A stretch of 27,843 nt of DNA from a virus (lineage: Duplodnaviria > Caudoviricetes): positions 1 to 27,843 of the IMG/VR virus record IMGVR_UViG_3300030397_000179; one strand, 5' to 3'. The position numbers and the translations under genes were made by a program. Below, piece by piece: positions 17,694 through 26,815 of this stretch (within the stretch, counting starts at the first letter, position 1; every line of letters starts with the position of its first letter). The notes under the pieces were generated by a model, which worked only from the letters and a program-made list of their open reading frames with translations, ran no database searches and was not told the origin of the DNA.

Positions 17694-19391
17694 CTACACT
17701 ATTTTGTCAAACCATTTATCTGATGTGTCCCCAGGACATGCGGTAGTATTCAGATCCTTGTGTCGCTTTAAATCTAAATCAACATTTAAGTCACCACGCA
17801 GTATACCCACAAGAGCCTTGGCGCTTTCTAATTGTTTATCTGTTGGAGGGGTGTTTGTAAAATTCCCTTGCAAGGCAATACCCACAGTGTGATTATTATG
17901 ACCGGAAACATGATAACTACGTGTTGATAGTCTGTTGGTTATATATATCACACCATCTCCATTAATTACATAATGATAACCAATGGCAGGCCATCCCTGA
18001 GTATTCACATGAAAACTTGCAATATTTTTGATATCTTGATACGCATCTCCAACAGTGTGATGAATTACCAATGTATCAATAGCGCCCCATTCTCTAGTAC
18101 CATAACTTAATTCTGGATGAACAGGTAAATCGTTAACAATATCAATAATTTCTAACTCAGGTTCAGGGTTAGATCCTGAATTAATTTCTTGAAAAACTAA
18201 CCTTGTAGCGGGGTAATGCTCCGTATACCAACCAGCAAATTCATCTTTATCGTTTTCAGGGATGTTAAACAATACGGCCGTTTTATCATCCAATTTACCG
18301 ATACCAGCGTCATCATAGGAAAAACCCACAGAACGTCTTTTATCATTGTAGGCTAATCGGCAAATCTCTAGCCACTCTTCTTCTGTTGCATCTTCATGTG
18401 CAACGTACACCACTCTTGAGTACTGGACTCTGGGTAATCCGTCATCGATTGGTGGTTCAGTAGGGGGTGGTTCAATTGGTGGTTCGGTGGGTTCAGACAA
18501 ATTATAGTCACTTATAAACTCGCTAATCTTTTCCCATTCATAGCTGTCCAGTTCGTAATCTGACCATTCGCTACTACCACCAGATGTAAATAAAACACCA
18601 CCAAGAAAGCGATTGCCATTTCCATTATTCCATTCTGTAATTTTATCTATTTGGTATTGCAGACATTCCTGTAAATAACGATTCAAGTCGCCATTCAAAA
18701 CTTGTTCATGTCGCCACCCTTCATGGACACCGTGATATGGACCGCCCTCAGTCATTAACCATCTCAAGTAAATGCCAGTGGATTTAAACATGTCATCTAA
18801 ATATGTCCAGCGTCCTGAATGATACCGCCAATCTAAAGGATCACGTACACCATTGTTGAACCTTGTATAATTGTGATATGACATAACATTATTATGCTCG
18901 TAAACTACCTTTGCGTAACGAGGATCAATATCATTTCCAATAGCCACAGAGCAGCATACAAGTGGTATATCACGTCCCCCAACTTTAGATGTTCCCCTGT
19001 ACTCTTCATTCCATACAGCATTAACGGCCGTTAACCATGCAATGATATCTTGACGCTCTGCCTCTGGTTGTGAAGTAGCAATGTACTCGTTCCACTCTTT
19101 CACATAGTCAACATACTGCCATAATTCTTGCTGTTCCCATGTTCCATCAATAAATGAATCGAAATAATTACGGGCGGCCTGCTTTGCCCCTTCGGGATTA
19201 TCAGAGAAACCAGAGTACCCTTGATTGTTTGACCACCATTTACGAAACACAGTTTTTACTTCTGGATTAGCTATTTTTGCGTCTCTAAGTAAGTGAATAT
19301 TATCTACGCTTAAAACAGGTGTTCCCTTTGGTAATTTGGCAACATGATCCAACCAATTATCAATAGGATTTTGAAGGTGAAGTCCAAACAT
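17694..19391 (-). CDS. Endolysin: N-terminal glycoside-hydrolase-like domain, Pro-rich linker, C-terminal Amidase_2 (PGRP-like) domain
   Basis: VIHHT, GWPAIGYHYVI, HVSGHN..TVGIALQGNF and HKDLNTTACPG give the Zn-amidase ligands. The N-terminus has EWNE, YHNY and MTEGG patterns. Confidence 0.85.
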   Translation of the reverse strand: MFGLHLQNPIDNWLDHVAKLPKGTPVLSVDNIHLLRDAKIANPEVKTVFRKWWSNNQGYSGFSDNPEGAKQAARNYFDSFIDGTWEQQELWQYVDYVKEWNEYIATSQPEAERQDIIAWLTAVNAVWNEEYRGTSKVGGRDIPLVCCSVAIGNDIDPRYAKVVYEHNNVMSYHNYTRFNNGVRDPLDWRYHSGRWTYLDDMFKSTGIYLRWLMTEGGPYHGVHEGWRHEQVLNGDLNRYLQECLQYQIDKITEWNNGNGNRFLGGVLFTSGGSSEWSDYELDSYEWEKISEFISDYNLSEPTEPPIEPPPTEPPIDDGLPRVQYSRVVYVAHEDATEEEWLEICRLAYNDKRRSVGFSYDDAGIGKLDDKTAVLFNIPENDKDEFAGWYTEHYPATRLVFQEINSGSNPEPELEIIDIVNDLPVHPELSYGTREWGAIDTLVIHHTVGDAYQDIKNIASFHVNTQGWPAIGYHYVINGDGVIYITNRLSTRSYHVSGHNNHTVGIALQGNFTNTPPTDKQLESAKALVGILRGDLNVDLDLKRHKDLNTTACPGDTSDKWFDKIV

Positions 19392-19582
19392 TATTTAGCA
19401 TGTTTCCCAAAATCAGCCAATCCTTGACCAATAATATAAGCTACTACAGCCCACATGAACTCTGGCAAGACCTCTTTGTACTGCTCTAGATCTGGAATAG
19501 CAACTACCAGAACAGATACAATAACACCAAAGACCATCATCCAAAACTTTTTGCTAGTCAAGTATTCTTTTAAATTATCCAT
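19391..19582 (-). CDS. Probable holin
   Basis: 63 aa, two TM segments, LTSKKFW...AYIIGQGLAD; coupled to the endolysin gene. Confidence 0.8.
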   Translation of the reverse strand: MDNLKEYLTSKKFWMMVFGVIVSVLVVAIPDLEQYKEVLPEFMWAVVAYIIGQGLADFGKHAK

Positions 19583-19584
19583 TT

Positions 19585-20067
19585 TTATTCTCCTAATGGG
19601 TCTGTGCCCAATCGCGACGCCAATACATTATTATGTCTTTCTAGTTTTTCGTTTTGTCTCTCTAGATACAAAACTCTTTCTGCTAATTCAAGACGCTTTT
19701 GTGTTTCATTGCTCAATTTCTCATCAAGTTTTTTGACTTTTTTCTTTTCATCTTCAATGTCAGTTTTTAAACGCCTGTTTGCTATTTTGGCTTCACTTAA
19801 TTCCGCTCTCATCATTTCTATTGTATCAAGAGCAGAGCCATATTTTTTAAACTCGCGCGATAATTTTTCTTCAAGTCTATCCGCTCTATTGTCGCAATCA
19901 TCTATTTGCTTGCTAAGTTCACCCAAGAGATAGGACTTAGTTTTTTCTGCTTGTCGATTAAGGGTAAACCACAATACAGGGACTGACAAAATACTAGCAA
20001 GAAAGACGACGAGTAATATTATAAAAGATGCGGAGTTTAGATCCATGACTAAAACTCCATAAAGCAA
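19585..20067 (-). CDS. Membrane-anchored coiled-coil protein (lysis-associated?)
   Basis: N-terminal TM helix then about 110 aa of heptad repeats; directly upstream of the holin. Confidence 0.6.
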   Translation of the reverse strand: MLYGVLVMDLNSASFIILLVVFLASILSVPVLWFTLNRQAEKTKSYLLGELSKQIDDCDNRADRLEEKLSREFKKYGSALDTIEMMRAELSEAKIANRRLKTDIEDEKKKVKKLDEKLSNETQKRLELAERVLYLERQNEKLERHNNVLASRLGTDPLGE

Positions 20068-22226
20068 TCGCAGTTGTACCCCTTACAAGCTAAATTTCTT
20101 GATTGGGGGTAAAAACCCACTTGCGCCAATGATAGCCATTCAGATTTTGAAGATTTACGGCCGTTAAACCGTAAGCAATCTTCGCAATGCTCCTCTGTGT
20201 TCCCAAGCCTCCAAGTCAGTTCCTCCTCACGTCTACCAACAATTAAACCGCGATTGAAAAACAACCTTGCAGCGTTTGCCCACATCAAAACACGACTAGC
20301 AATAGACCCGCCCTGATCATCTTGTATATTTTCTATAGTCGCCTTTTGTGAAAAAATAGAATCAACAAAACCTTGTAGGTGGGACAACTCTTCTGTTAAT
20401 AGTGATTCAAGCTCAACCAATTCATCTTCTGTGAAATCTTCATCTAAATCGATGCCTACAGCCTCGCGATATATAGATTCCAATTCGTCAGATACCACTG
20501 ATTCAAATTCATCTCTAAAGCCATCTTGCCCCATAGATTTTGCCCCATCTACAAGGTCAACTAATTTTTGGGTGTAGTCCTCTAGTAAATCATCTATCAA
20601 TGCCTTGCGTCTAGGTGCATTTTTAAAAGCAATGTCTAATTTATTTTCCCTGGTGAGATAATGAGAGTCAAAATCGTTTATATCTATTTGCTCATAGTTT
20701 CGCGCTTTTAGCCATCTAATATACTGGTTTTTTTCATCCCGCATATCTAATAAATCTAAAAACTTTTGCTTAGAATCGTTCTCCTGTGCGTTTTCTAGTA
20801 CTTCTCTTTGAGCAACGGCGTTTGTGTCGGTCTGGATTGGCTTATCTACCTTTTCTGGAATGAGCCTTTTTGCTACATCTGGGTTAACACCAAGGAATGC
20901 ATCATACATATTGATAGCATTATCACGGGTGATAACATTCTCCCCAAAAGTATTAATAATCTTTAGTGCTGATTCAATTTGAATGCCGTTCAGCAGTGTT
21001 TTTTCTTCTCCAATATCATCACTTCCCAAAATATCCAATTGATCTTTTATGACTTCTTCCTTCAATTCCTTTGGAATATGAAGTCCTAGCATGTTTTCTA
21101 TTTCTTTTTTCGCATACCCAACATCGAAATAGTTCTTTGCAGCTTGGCTGCGTTCAACTTCATCAGTTTGCATGACTCGCAATTGTTGAGGTAAAGCAAC
21201 AATAGAATAGCCCATTGGATTTAATTTTTGTTCGTTCAGGTCTGCATAAATCCATCCGGTTTCAGGAATAATTGTTTCTTCAATATACCCTCTATCATCT
21301 CCATCTTTAGTAGCACGGTTAACGCCCTCTGGTAAAAGTTTAGATAGTGGCACACCTAAACCAACGGCGATATCCTTTTTCTCATCTTGACTCAAAACAT
21401 TATCGCGTAAATCTTTTACACCTTCTCCAATCTCAAGAGTTTCAAAGTCGCCGCGAATAACCTCGGTAGCATGTGCATTACTCACACCAGAAAACACCCG
21501 TTTCCACCACTCCTTAATACGTGGCACCTCACTTGGTTTAATCCCATCCTTGTACTTCAGCAATGTGGCCTTGATTAGGCCACGATTAAAATAACCTTGT
21601 AGAAATAAATCCAGTGCGCCAACAACACCAGCGTTTTGAAATACAGCTTTGGCAGGATAGTTTTTTGCCCTCCCAATTTCTACCGCATGATCGGGGTACC
21701 AAAAGTAAAGGACATCCTCAATTTCCAACTCTCTTGGTACTGCGTTTGGTGGCTCATCACGCCAAAACCCAAGTAATTCACCATAAGGTTGCATCGAATC
21801 AGTTCGCAATCCCCCTCTGCCAACAATACCGTTTAAAATAGGATGAACTGACCAAGGTAAGTACCAGCGCAAGGGCATGTCACCGCCTAACACATTTTTC
21901 CTTTGAGAGAGGTATGCCTCTCCGCCCAATATGGAAGCGACTTCAATTGATCCTGAAAAGCGAGGCCATTTAAGAATCCACTCTAATTCTTTTGGTGGGG
22001 TATTCTGAGGTGTTACACCGTCATATTCATAAACAACAGATTCGCCTTTGCGGATCTCAAAAGGCATAGCGGCAACACTGTTCCCTCGAATATTTACGCA
22101 ACGATACAACCAAGCAATTGTGGAATAAAGATGATTGATATCAACATCGCTATCGTTATCAGAGTGAATAGTCCAAACTTCTTCAGGAAAATTTGGAGCG
22201 CCTAGCGATTTTATCCTTATAGTCAT
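20049..22226 (-). CDS. Portal protein with C-terminal minor-head (Mu gpF-like) domain
   Basis: WLYRCVNIRGNSVAAMPF, YFNRG, IAVGLGVPLSKL and NRAT are HK97-type portal motifs. The C-terminus has LTWRLGNTEEHCEDC...LACKGYNCDC. Confidence 0.85.
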   Translation of the reverse strand: MTIRIKSLGAPNFPEEVWTIHSDNDSDVDINHLYSTIAWLYRCVNIRGNSVAAMPFEIRKGESVVYEYDGVTPQNTPPKELEWILKWPRFSGSIEVASILGGEAYLSQRKNVLGGDMPLRWYLPWSVHPILNGIVGRGGLRTDSMQPYGELLGFWRDEPPNAVPRELEIEDVLYFWYPDHAVEIGRAKNYPAKAVFQNAGVVGALDLFLQGYFNRGLIKATLLKYKDGIKPSEVPRIKEWWKRVFSGVSNAHATEVIRGDFETLEIGEGVKDLRDNVLSQDEKKDIAVGLGVPLSKLLPEGVNRATKDGDDRGYIEETIIPETGWIYADLNEQKLNPMGYSIVALPQQLRVMQTDEVERSQAAKNYFDVGYAKKEIENMLGLHIPKELKEEVIKDQLDILGSDDIGEEKTLLNGIQIESALKIINTFGENVITRDNAINMYDAFLGVNPDVAKRLIPEKVDKPIQTDTNAVAQREVLENAQENDSKQKFLDLLDMRDEKNQYIRWLKARNYEQIDINDFDSHYLTRENKLDIAFKNAPRRKALIDDLLEDYTQKLVDLVDGAKSMGQDGFRDEFESVVSDELESIYREAVGIDLDEDFTEDELVELESLLTEELSHLQGFVDSIFSQKATIENIQDDQGGSIASRVLMWANAARLFFNRGLIVGRREEELTWRLGNTEEHCEDCLRFNGRKSSKSEWLSLAQVGFYPQSRNLACKGYNCDCFMEF

Positions 22227-22559
22227 TTAATTTACCATATCAATATAGAGAACGGCATACCAAGCATCACCATCAATAGTGAAACTAAACACCATCTTAT
22301 ATCGCTTTCCCGCAGTAGCGGCGCTTGCAACAAATTTAGAAGAAGTAAAGACGCCCGATGAAATACTAGGCGACCCTGTTAACAGCGATCCTGCTAAATC
22401 ACTACCAAAGGTGCCATCAGATTGACGCAAATGGATGGTATTCGCCTCATCTGCATAAGTCCCTGATGGAACATTGTTAGTCAAAGTGAATTCGTAAGAA
22501 TACCCTTCCCCGATATGACGCTCCACTGGGGATTCTTTTAGCTCAATTTTACTAGGCAT
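22227..22559 (-). CDS. Hypothetical virion-associated protein
   Basis: 110 aa, beta-rich, in the structural cluster. Confidence 0.6.
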   Translation of the reverse strand: MPSKIELKESPVERHIGEGYSYEFTLTNNVPSGTYADEANTIHLRQSDGTFGSDLAGSLLTGSPSISSGVFTSSKFVASAATAGKRYKMVFSFTIDGDAWYAVLYIDMVN

Positions 22560-23264
22560 TTAGCCACCAGAACTAACAGTCAATTCATAAGTGAATTCAA
22601 TCGAATCGCCATTTACAACATTAATAGCTGAGAACACGTGGCGATCCATTAACTCACCAGATGTTGAAGCATTGAATAATCCATGCTCTGTAATTGCTTT
22701 TGTGGTCGTGTAAGAAATTGTACCAACTGAGCGGTAAATGTTTGCTGATGCGCCCTCAGTTTGTGTACCAGTTGCACGGGATTCGCCATCAGTTGTTTCA
22801 ATATCAGTGTCACCAATAGCGGCGGCAGTTGTACCCACTCCTGAATCATGAAATTTAAAATCCCCCCAAGTTGAGTCCTCTGTCTGGAGTTGATCAACCA
22901 TTTCATTGACAAACGCAGTGGTGACTACGCGACGCTCGACAACGCCATAATTTACCCACTGCCCAAATTGTCTCGCCCAATCCAGCGCGTTTCGCTCATC
23001 TTCATATTGCATCAACTTGAACATTTCACGCTGACTTTCAGTCAGTCGCAAAACACGAATTGATAATTGACTTGTCAATGTGGGAATACCAAACAGTTTT
23101 GAAACACCCCTTGCACTCCAATTCCCAATCAAACCCTGCCAATACGCGAAACGCAGTCTATTTTTCAATCGCCACGACAAAGGAGCATCAATATGTTTCT
23201 CTAATTTACTAGCTACAAGGTTGCCCTCAAATGCAGTATTACTATTTATAGATAAATTACCCAT
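22560..23264 (-). CDS. Probable virion structural protein (fibre-base-like)
   Basis: GVGTTAAAIGDT...ITEHGLFNASTSG.LMDRHVFSAINVVNGDSIEFTYELT resembles fibre-anchoring domains. GAGGTGG SD before the ATG at 23264 (ORF open to 23327). Confidence 0.65.
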   Translation of the reverse strand: MGNLSINSNTAFEGNLVASKLEKHIDAPLSWRLKNRLRFAYWQGLIGNWSARGVSKLFGIPTLTSQLSIRVLRLTESQREMFKLMQYEDERNALDWARQFGQWVNYGVVERRVVTTAFVNEMVDQLQTEDSTWGDFKFHDSGVGTTAAAIGDTDIETTDGESRATGTQTEGASANIYRSVGTISYTTTKAITEHGLFNASTSGELMDRHVFSAINVVNGDSIEFTYELTVSSGG

Positions 23265-23472
23265 TATCCACCTCGCGAATATTAGAGACAAAATCAATAT
23301 CAAACAATTCGCCACTCCACCCATCAATCTCTATAGTAAGAGTTTCGCCACTTTTTAAAATAACACCAGATGGAACAATGAACCCAGCGCGATTATTCCC
23401 ATTATCTTGACGGAATTCAACGGGGATTGTTTTCCCATTCTTTTTAACCTCAACAGATTTAATATTCATCAA
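23257..23472 (-). CDS. Hypothetical protein
   Basis: 71 aa, overlaps both neighbours. Confidence 0.55.
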   Translation of the reverse strand: MMNIKSVEVKKNGKTIPVEFRQDNGNNRAGFIVPSGVILKSGETLTIEIDGWSGELFDIDFVSNIREVDNG

Positions 23473-24953
23473 TCTCTATCCTTTAAATTCAATATATTAG
23501 TACGCTTACGCATAGTCAATATATTAGTACGTTTAAATAATGTCAATACCCTGGATGTTACAACACCTACACCGGCTTGCAACTCTGTAGCCAAAGAGCC
23601 AGCAAACGAGATGGCCCCAACAAGTATTTTTTTTGTCTTTAATGCCAACCCCCCAACAAAAGAAAGCGAACCTTGTAGAGTTACCGGTATCTTATAGTTG
23701 GCGATTCCGCTTAGGGAAAGTATCCCAGATATCGCCTTACTAGCAAAACTCACAAGAGTACCAGGGAGTGACAGTACACCCCCTAACGATTTCCCAACTT
23801 TTTGAACCAGCCCGCCAGCAAACGAGATAGCCCCACTAATTGAGGTTGTAAACACAATTTTTTGTGAAGATGTGCCAATAGATGAAAGCACGCCGGTAAC
23901 AGATAGGGCGGCCCCCTTGATTAAATCACCCGAGAAGCTAATAGCACCTACAAGGTTATATTGAATTTTTCTGATAACAGATCCCGTAAATGACAACGAT
24001 CCATCAACTAACTTTTGGGTTTTGTTTACCAAGCTACCACCAAACGACAAGACACCTGCAATAGATTGCGTGAATACAATTTGTTGAGACAGAGTGCCAC
24101 CAAGCGATAAGACCCCAGATAAAACTTTAAACACTCCCTCACTCAGACCTCCTAAAAAGGATACCGTGCCAGAAGAAATTTTTTGGGTATTTCGTGAAAT
24201 AGCCCCACTACTTGATAGTACCCCCGCCAATGCTCTCGTTAATTTATTTACCAGAACCCCAGATGTTGACAAAGTACCTACAAGATTTGATAGTATTTTT
24301 AATACCACTGCCCCAATAAATGACAACGATCCTGTATAAGTTACGGCCGTTTTTTTGCCCACAGCCCCACTTGTTGATAATGACCCTGCTGTTGACTGGT
24401 TGTAAGTGGTTCCTCCCGATTCGGTCCACTCAATATAAAGATCAGCAGGATCGTCCCCGCTGTCTTCTGAATTAACCCTAAATGTTTTTGTTGCATTTGA
24501 TTTTGGTGTAAAAATAACCATTACACCTGCGCCACTTGCTAAGCCCTCATGAGTATCTATTAGATCTTGCATAGGGGTGACAAGCGATGGAGAATTAACA
24601 GGACTTGCCCCTAATCCATCTTGAGTCCAATTAACATTGTTTCCTGTTAGTGTTCGTGTTGATATCTCGGCTGTAGTTGTGAAGTCATCACAATCTGCGC
24701 TATCCTCGAAGTCAAGATCTCCATTAACGTCATCAGCGCCAGTTGAATCAGGATCAAGCGTGATATAGCAAGTATCGATTGTGGCACCATCAGGGATCGC
24801 GCTTGTTAGTTCAAAATAGAATCCACCTCTAAACCTTGCCCCGTTTACGGTGGCATGGTCATCCATTCTGACAATACTATTTGTATCATTGAAAGATGAT
24901 CCTGTAATATTTTCATGAGCATCTTCAATAACATTTAACGTTTGATTAGGCAT
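23469..24953 (-). CDS. Fibre-like protein: acidic N-terminal globular domain plus about 15 GxhSxxG repeats
   Basis: 18-20 aa repeats such as AGSLSTSG, TGSLSFIG and VGAISFSG. The N-terminal domain ends PADLYIEWT, resembling DNRLRE-like adhesin domains. Confidence 0.7.
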   Translation of the reverse strand: MPNQTLNVIEDAHENITGSSFNDTNSIVRMDDHATVNGARFRGGFYFELTSAIPDGATIDTCYITLDPDSTGADDVNGDLDFEDSADCDDFTTTAEISTRTLTGNNVNWTQDGLGASPVNSPSLVTPMQDLIDTHEGLASGAGVMVIFTPKSNATKTFRVNSEDSGDDPADLYIEWTESGGTTYNQSTAGSLSTSGAVGKKTAVTYTGSLSFIGAVVLKILSNLVGTLSTSGVLVNKLTRALAGVLSSSGAISRNTQKISSGTVSFLGGLSEGVFKVLSGVLSLGGTLSQQIVFTQSIAGVLSFGGSLVNKTQKLVDGSLSFTGSVIRKIQYNLVGAISFSGDLIKGAALSVTGVLSSIGTSSQKIVFTTSISGAISFAGGLVQKVGKSLGGVLSLPGTLVSFASKAISGILSLSGIANYKIPVTLQGSLSFVGGLALKTKKILVGAISFAGSLATELQAGVGVVTSRVLTLFKRTNILTMRKRTNILNLKDRD

Positions 24954-24956
24954 AGT

Positions 24957-25055
24957 TTAATTTAAAGCAAAAACAAAAAACAAGACACCAACAAGTGCAA
25001 CAATACTAGAAACCAAAGCCACAAGTGCCCACTTCATTTCATCATCCATGTTCAT
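24957..25055 (-). CDS. 32 aa single-TM peptide
   Basis: Hand-translated: MNMDDEMKWALVALVSSIVALVGVLFFVFALN. TAATG overlap with the terL stop; fills the gap to the next gene. Confidence 0.55.
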   Translation of the reverse strand: MNMDDEMKWALVALVSSIVALVGVLFFVFALN

Positions 25056-26299
25056 TATAAGAATGCTGGTTGATAACTGGTGATGGCATGAGTCATTAGT
25101 GCCCGAGCTATCACCGTGTCATCATGCACACCACTTGGTGCGTTATATATCGGTCTACCTAAATGATTAACTTTCATTTCATACGCCTCTGCCTCTGCCG
25201 TTGCAATAGGAATATTCAAGTATTGCATTTCTGTACGCTCATAAACAAGTTTTTGATTTTCTATAATCATGACCTTGCTTTGGTGAGTAGTCGCAAAACC
25301 TTGTAGGGGGTATCCCTCATTCTGTAGCACTTCTAGGTTAGGCTCTCCTATACTGTTTAGTTCTGCCAAACCATCAGCCACGCCCCAATAATTCAGCAAT
25401 TTCCCTATACGATCACGTTGATATATATAATCGATTTTATTAAATCTGTCCAGCGCGACCTCGCATTTGCAATCCATGCACCCAATAGAAACCACCGTGT
25501 AATCCTTATGCTTCCCCCAATCAATGCCCGCGACTAGCGTATGACCCTCATGATCTTTGGGTTCAGCATCTATAGGAGCATTCAAACATGCGCCAATGTT
25601 ACGGAATACAGCCCCCTCGTTATCGAGAAAGTTGGCCATGATCTCTTGACTATAATCATCCTCAGTCATATCTTCAGATATCTCTTCGAGCGCTTCTTGA
25701 CTTAAATAGGGGTTATCGTGACTAGTAAATTTAAAGGATTCGTACCTTTCATCCCCTCGATCTAGGCCACGCACATAGAGAGAGTGGAAGTGATTTTTAC
25801 GGTTGGGGGTTGATATAAACCACGCCTCCCCATTGGTATCCAGCATCATAGGAGCCCCTACAACATCCCAAACGTCCGGTTTCATAAAAGCATATTCGTC
25901 AAAAATAAGGATGTCACCCCAACCACCGCGCCATGTGTCCGCATCGTAAGCCGTTTGTGCCGAGATAATGGCCCCACTGTCCTGATCCTTCTCATGCATC
26001 CATTTGATATATTTTTCAGTTTCATTTTTGTAAATATGGCCCGACTGTATAAGAGGTTTTAGATATTCCTTGATCTTGCCCCAATATTGAGATAGCTGCT
26101 TTGACACAGGGGTGCCGTAAATTATCCTATGGCCCATCAAGAATTTTTGCACACTATACGAACTAAGGATCGTAGTTTTTCCCGCACGTCTACCAGCGCA
26201 GACAATTTTACGCTTAGATTCACTGTCAAGTATCAAGCGTTGTTTTTGATGGGGGGTAGGTAATGTTATGTCTATGTCCACATAAGGATAATAACACAA
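25055..26299 (-). CDS. terL: Terminase large subunit
   Basis: Walker A CAGRRAGKTT, Walker B LIFDE, coupling motif ISTP, nuclease GIDWG and HDDTVIA. The start may be the GTG at 26281. Confidence 0.95.
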   Translation of the reverse strand: MCYYPYVDIDITLPTPHQKQRLILDSESKRKIVCAGRRAGKTTILSSYSVQKFLMGHRIIYGTPVSKQLSQYWGKIKEYLKPLIQSGHIYKNETEKYIKWMHEKDQDSGAIISAQTAYDADTWRGGWGDILIFDEYAFMKPDVWDVVGAPMMLDTNGEAWFISTPNRKNHFHSLYVRGLDRGDERYESFKFTSHDNPYLSQEALEEISEDMTEDDYSQEIMANFLDNEGAVFRNIGACLNAPIDAEPKDHEGHTLVAGIDWGKHKDYTVVSIGCMDCKCEVALDRFNKIDYIYQRDRIGKLLNYWGVADGLAELNSIGEPNLEVLQNEGYPLQGFATTHQSKVMIIENQKLVYERTEMQYLNIPIATAEAEAYEMKVNHLGRPIYNAPSGVHDDTVIARALMTHAITSYQPAFL

Positions 26300-26324
26300 A
26301 ACCCCCTGCTATTTGCAAGGGGCC
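26293..26324 (-). terminator. Intrinsic terminator immediately upstream of terL
   Basis: Minus strand GGCCCCTTGC-AAATA-GCAGGGGGTTTTGTGTT. Confidence 0.6.
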
Positions 26325-26382
26325 TGTTACAAAGGAGGAACTTCTTGTGTGTCTCATGAGGAGGAGGTGCAGATGCACCATC

Positions 26383-26411
26383 AGTGTAAACCGTCCCGAG
26401 TTATATGTCAA
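26383..26411 (-). promoter_or_regulatory. Candidate late promoter
   Basis: Minus strand TTGACA (26411-26406), 17 bp, TACACT (26388-26383). Confidence 0.6.
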
Positions 26412-26454
26412 GGTGGTGTGTAGTGGTGGTGTGCAGTCGAGTGATGTACACTAC

Positions 26455-26658
26455 TTAGTAATGGGGTGGGGGGTGCTTTAACACATAATCAACGGGATGG
26501 GGGATTGGACCTTCCCGTATTGTATGCCCCCTATCTTCATATTCCCCATCGATGGTCAAGCGGAATGCATGCAGAAACTCACAATCCAAACAAACCATTT
26601 GAACCTCATCTTGAGATACCCTTTTGAGATAATACTTGTGTGCAGGTCGAGTGTACAC
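26455..26658 (-). CDS. Small hypothetical protein with CxxC and several His
   Basis: 67 aa, VCLDCEF; GTG start directly after the upstream stop. Confidence 0.5.
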   Translation of the reverse strand: MYTRPAHKYYLKRVSQDEVQMVCLDCEFLHAFRLTIDGEYEDRGHTIREGPIPHPVDYVLKHPPPHY

Positions 26659-26659
26659 G

Positions 26660-26812
26660 TTACCCCTTCAGACGCTTTCTAAGTTTCGATAAGATACCCG
26701 TGCCCTTCTCTTCTTTGTTCGTGCGCGTAACTATTGGATCTCGCTTCGGTTGACCCATTTCTTTTACAATTTTCTTGAAATATTCTCGTTTATTTTCTTC
26801 TCTTTGTGGCAT
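26660..26812 (-). CDS. Small basic hypothetical protein (50 aa)
   Basis: Hand-translated: MPQREENKREYFKKIVKEMGQPKRDPIVTRTNKEEKGTGILSKLRKRLKG; GAGGT SD. Confidence 0.55.
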   Translation of the reverse strand: MPQREENKREYFKKIVKEMGQPKRDPIVTRTNKEEKGTGILSKLRKRLKG

Positions 26813-26815
26813 AAT

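Noticed and set aside
18445-18495. Short DNA repeats ATTGGTGGTTC in the endolysin gene
   Set aside because: Explained by the EPPIEPPPTEPPI linker.
26263-26481. Plus-strand ORF with strong SD-like AAGGAGG/GAGGAGG sequences
   Set aside because: The product is implausible, and the promoter and terminator both point along the minus strand. The tracts are treated as anti-SD motifs of a minus-strand RNA, though this is not proven.
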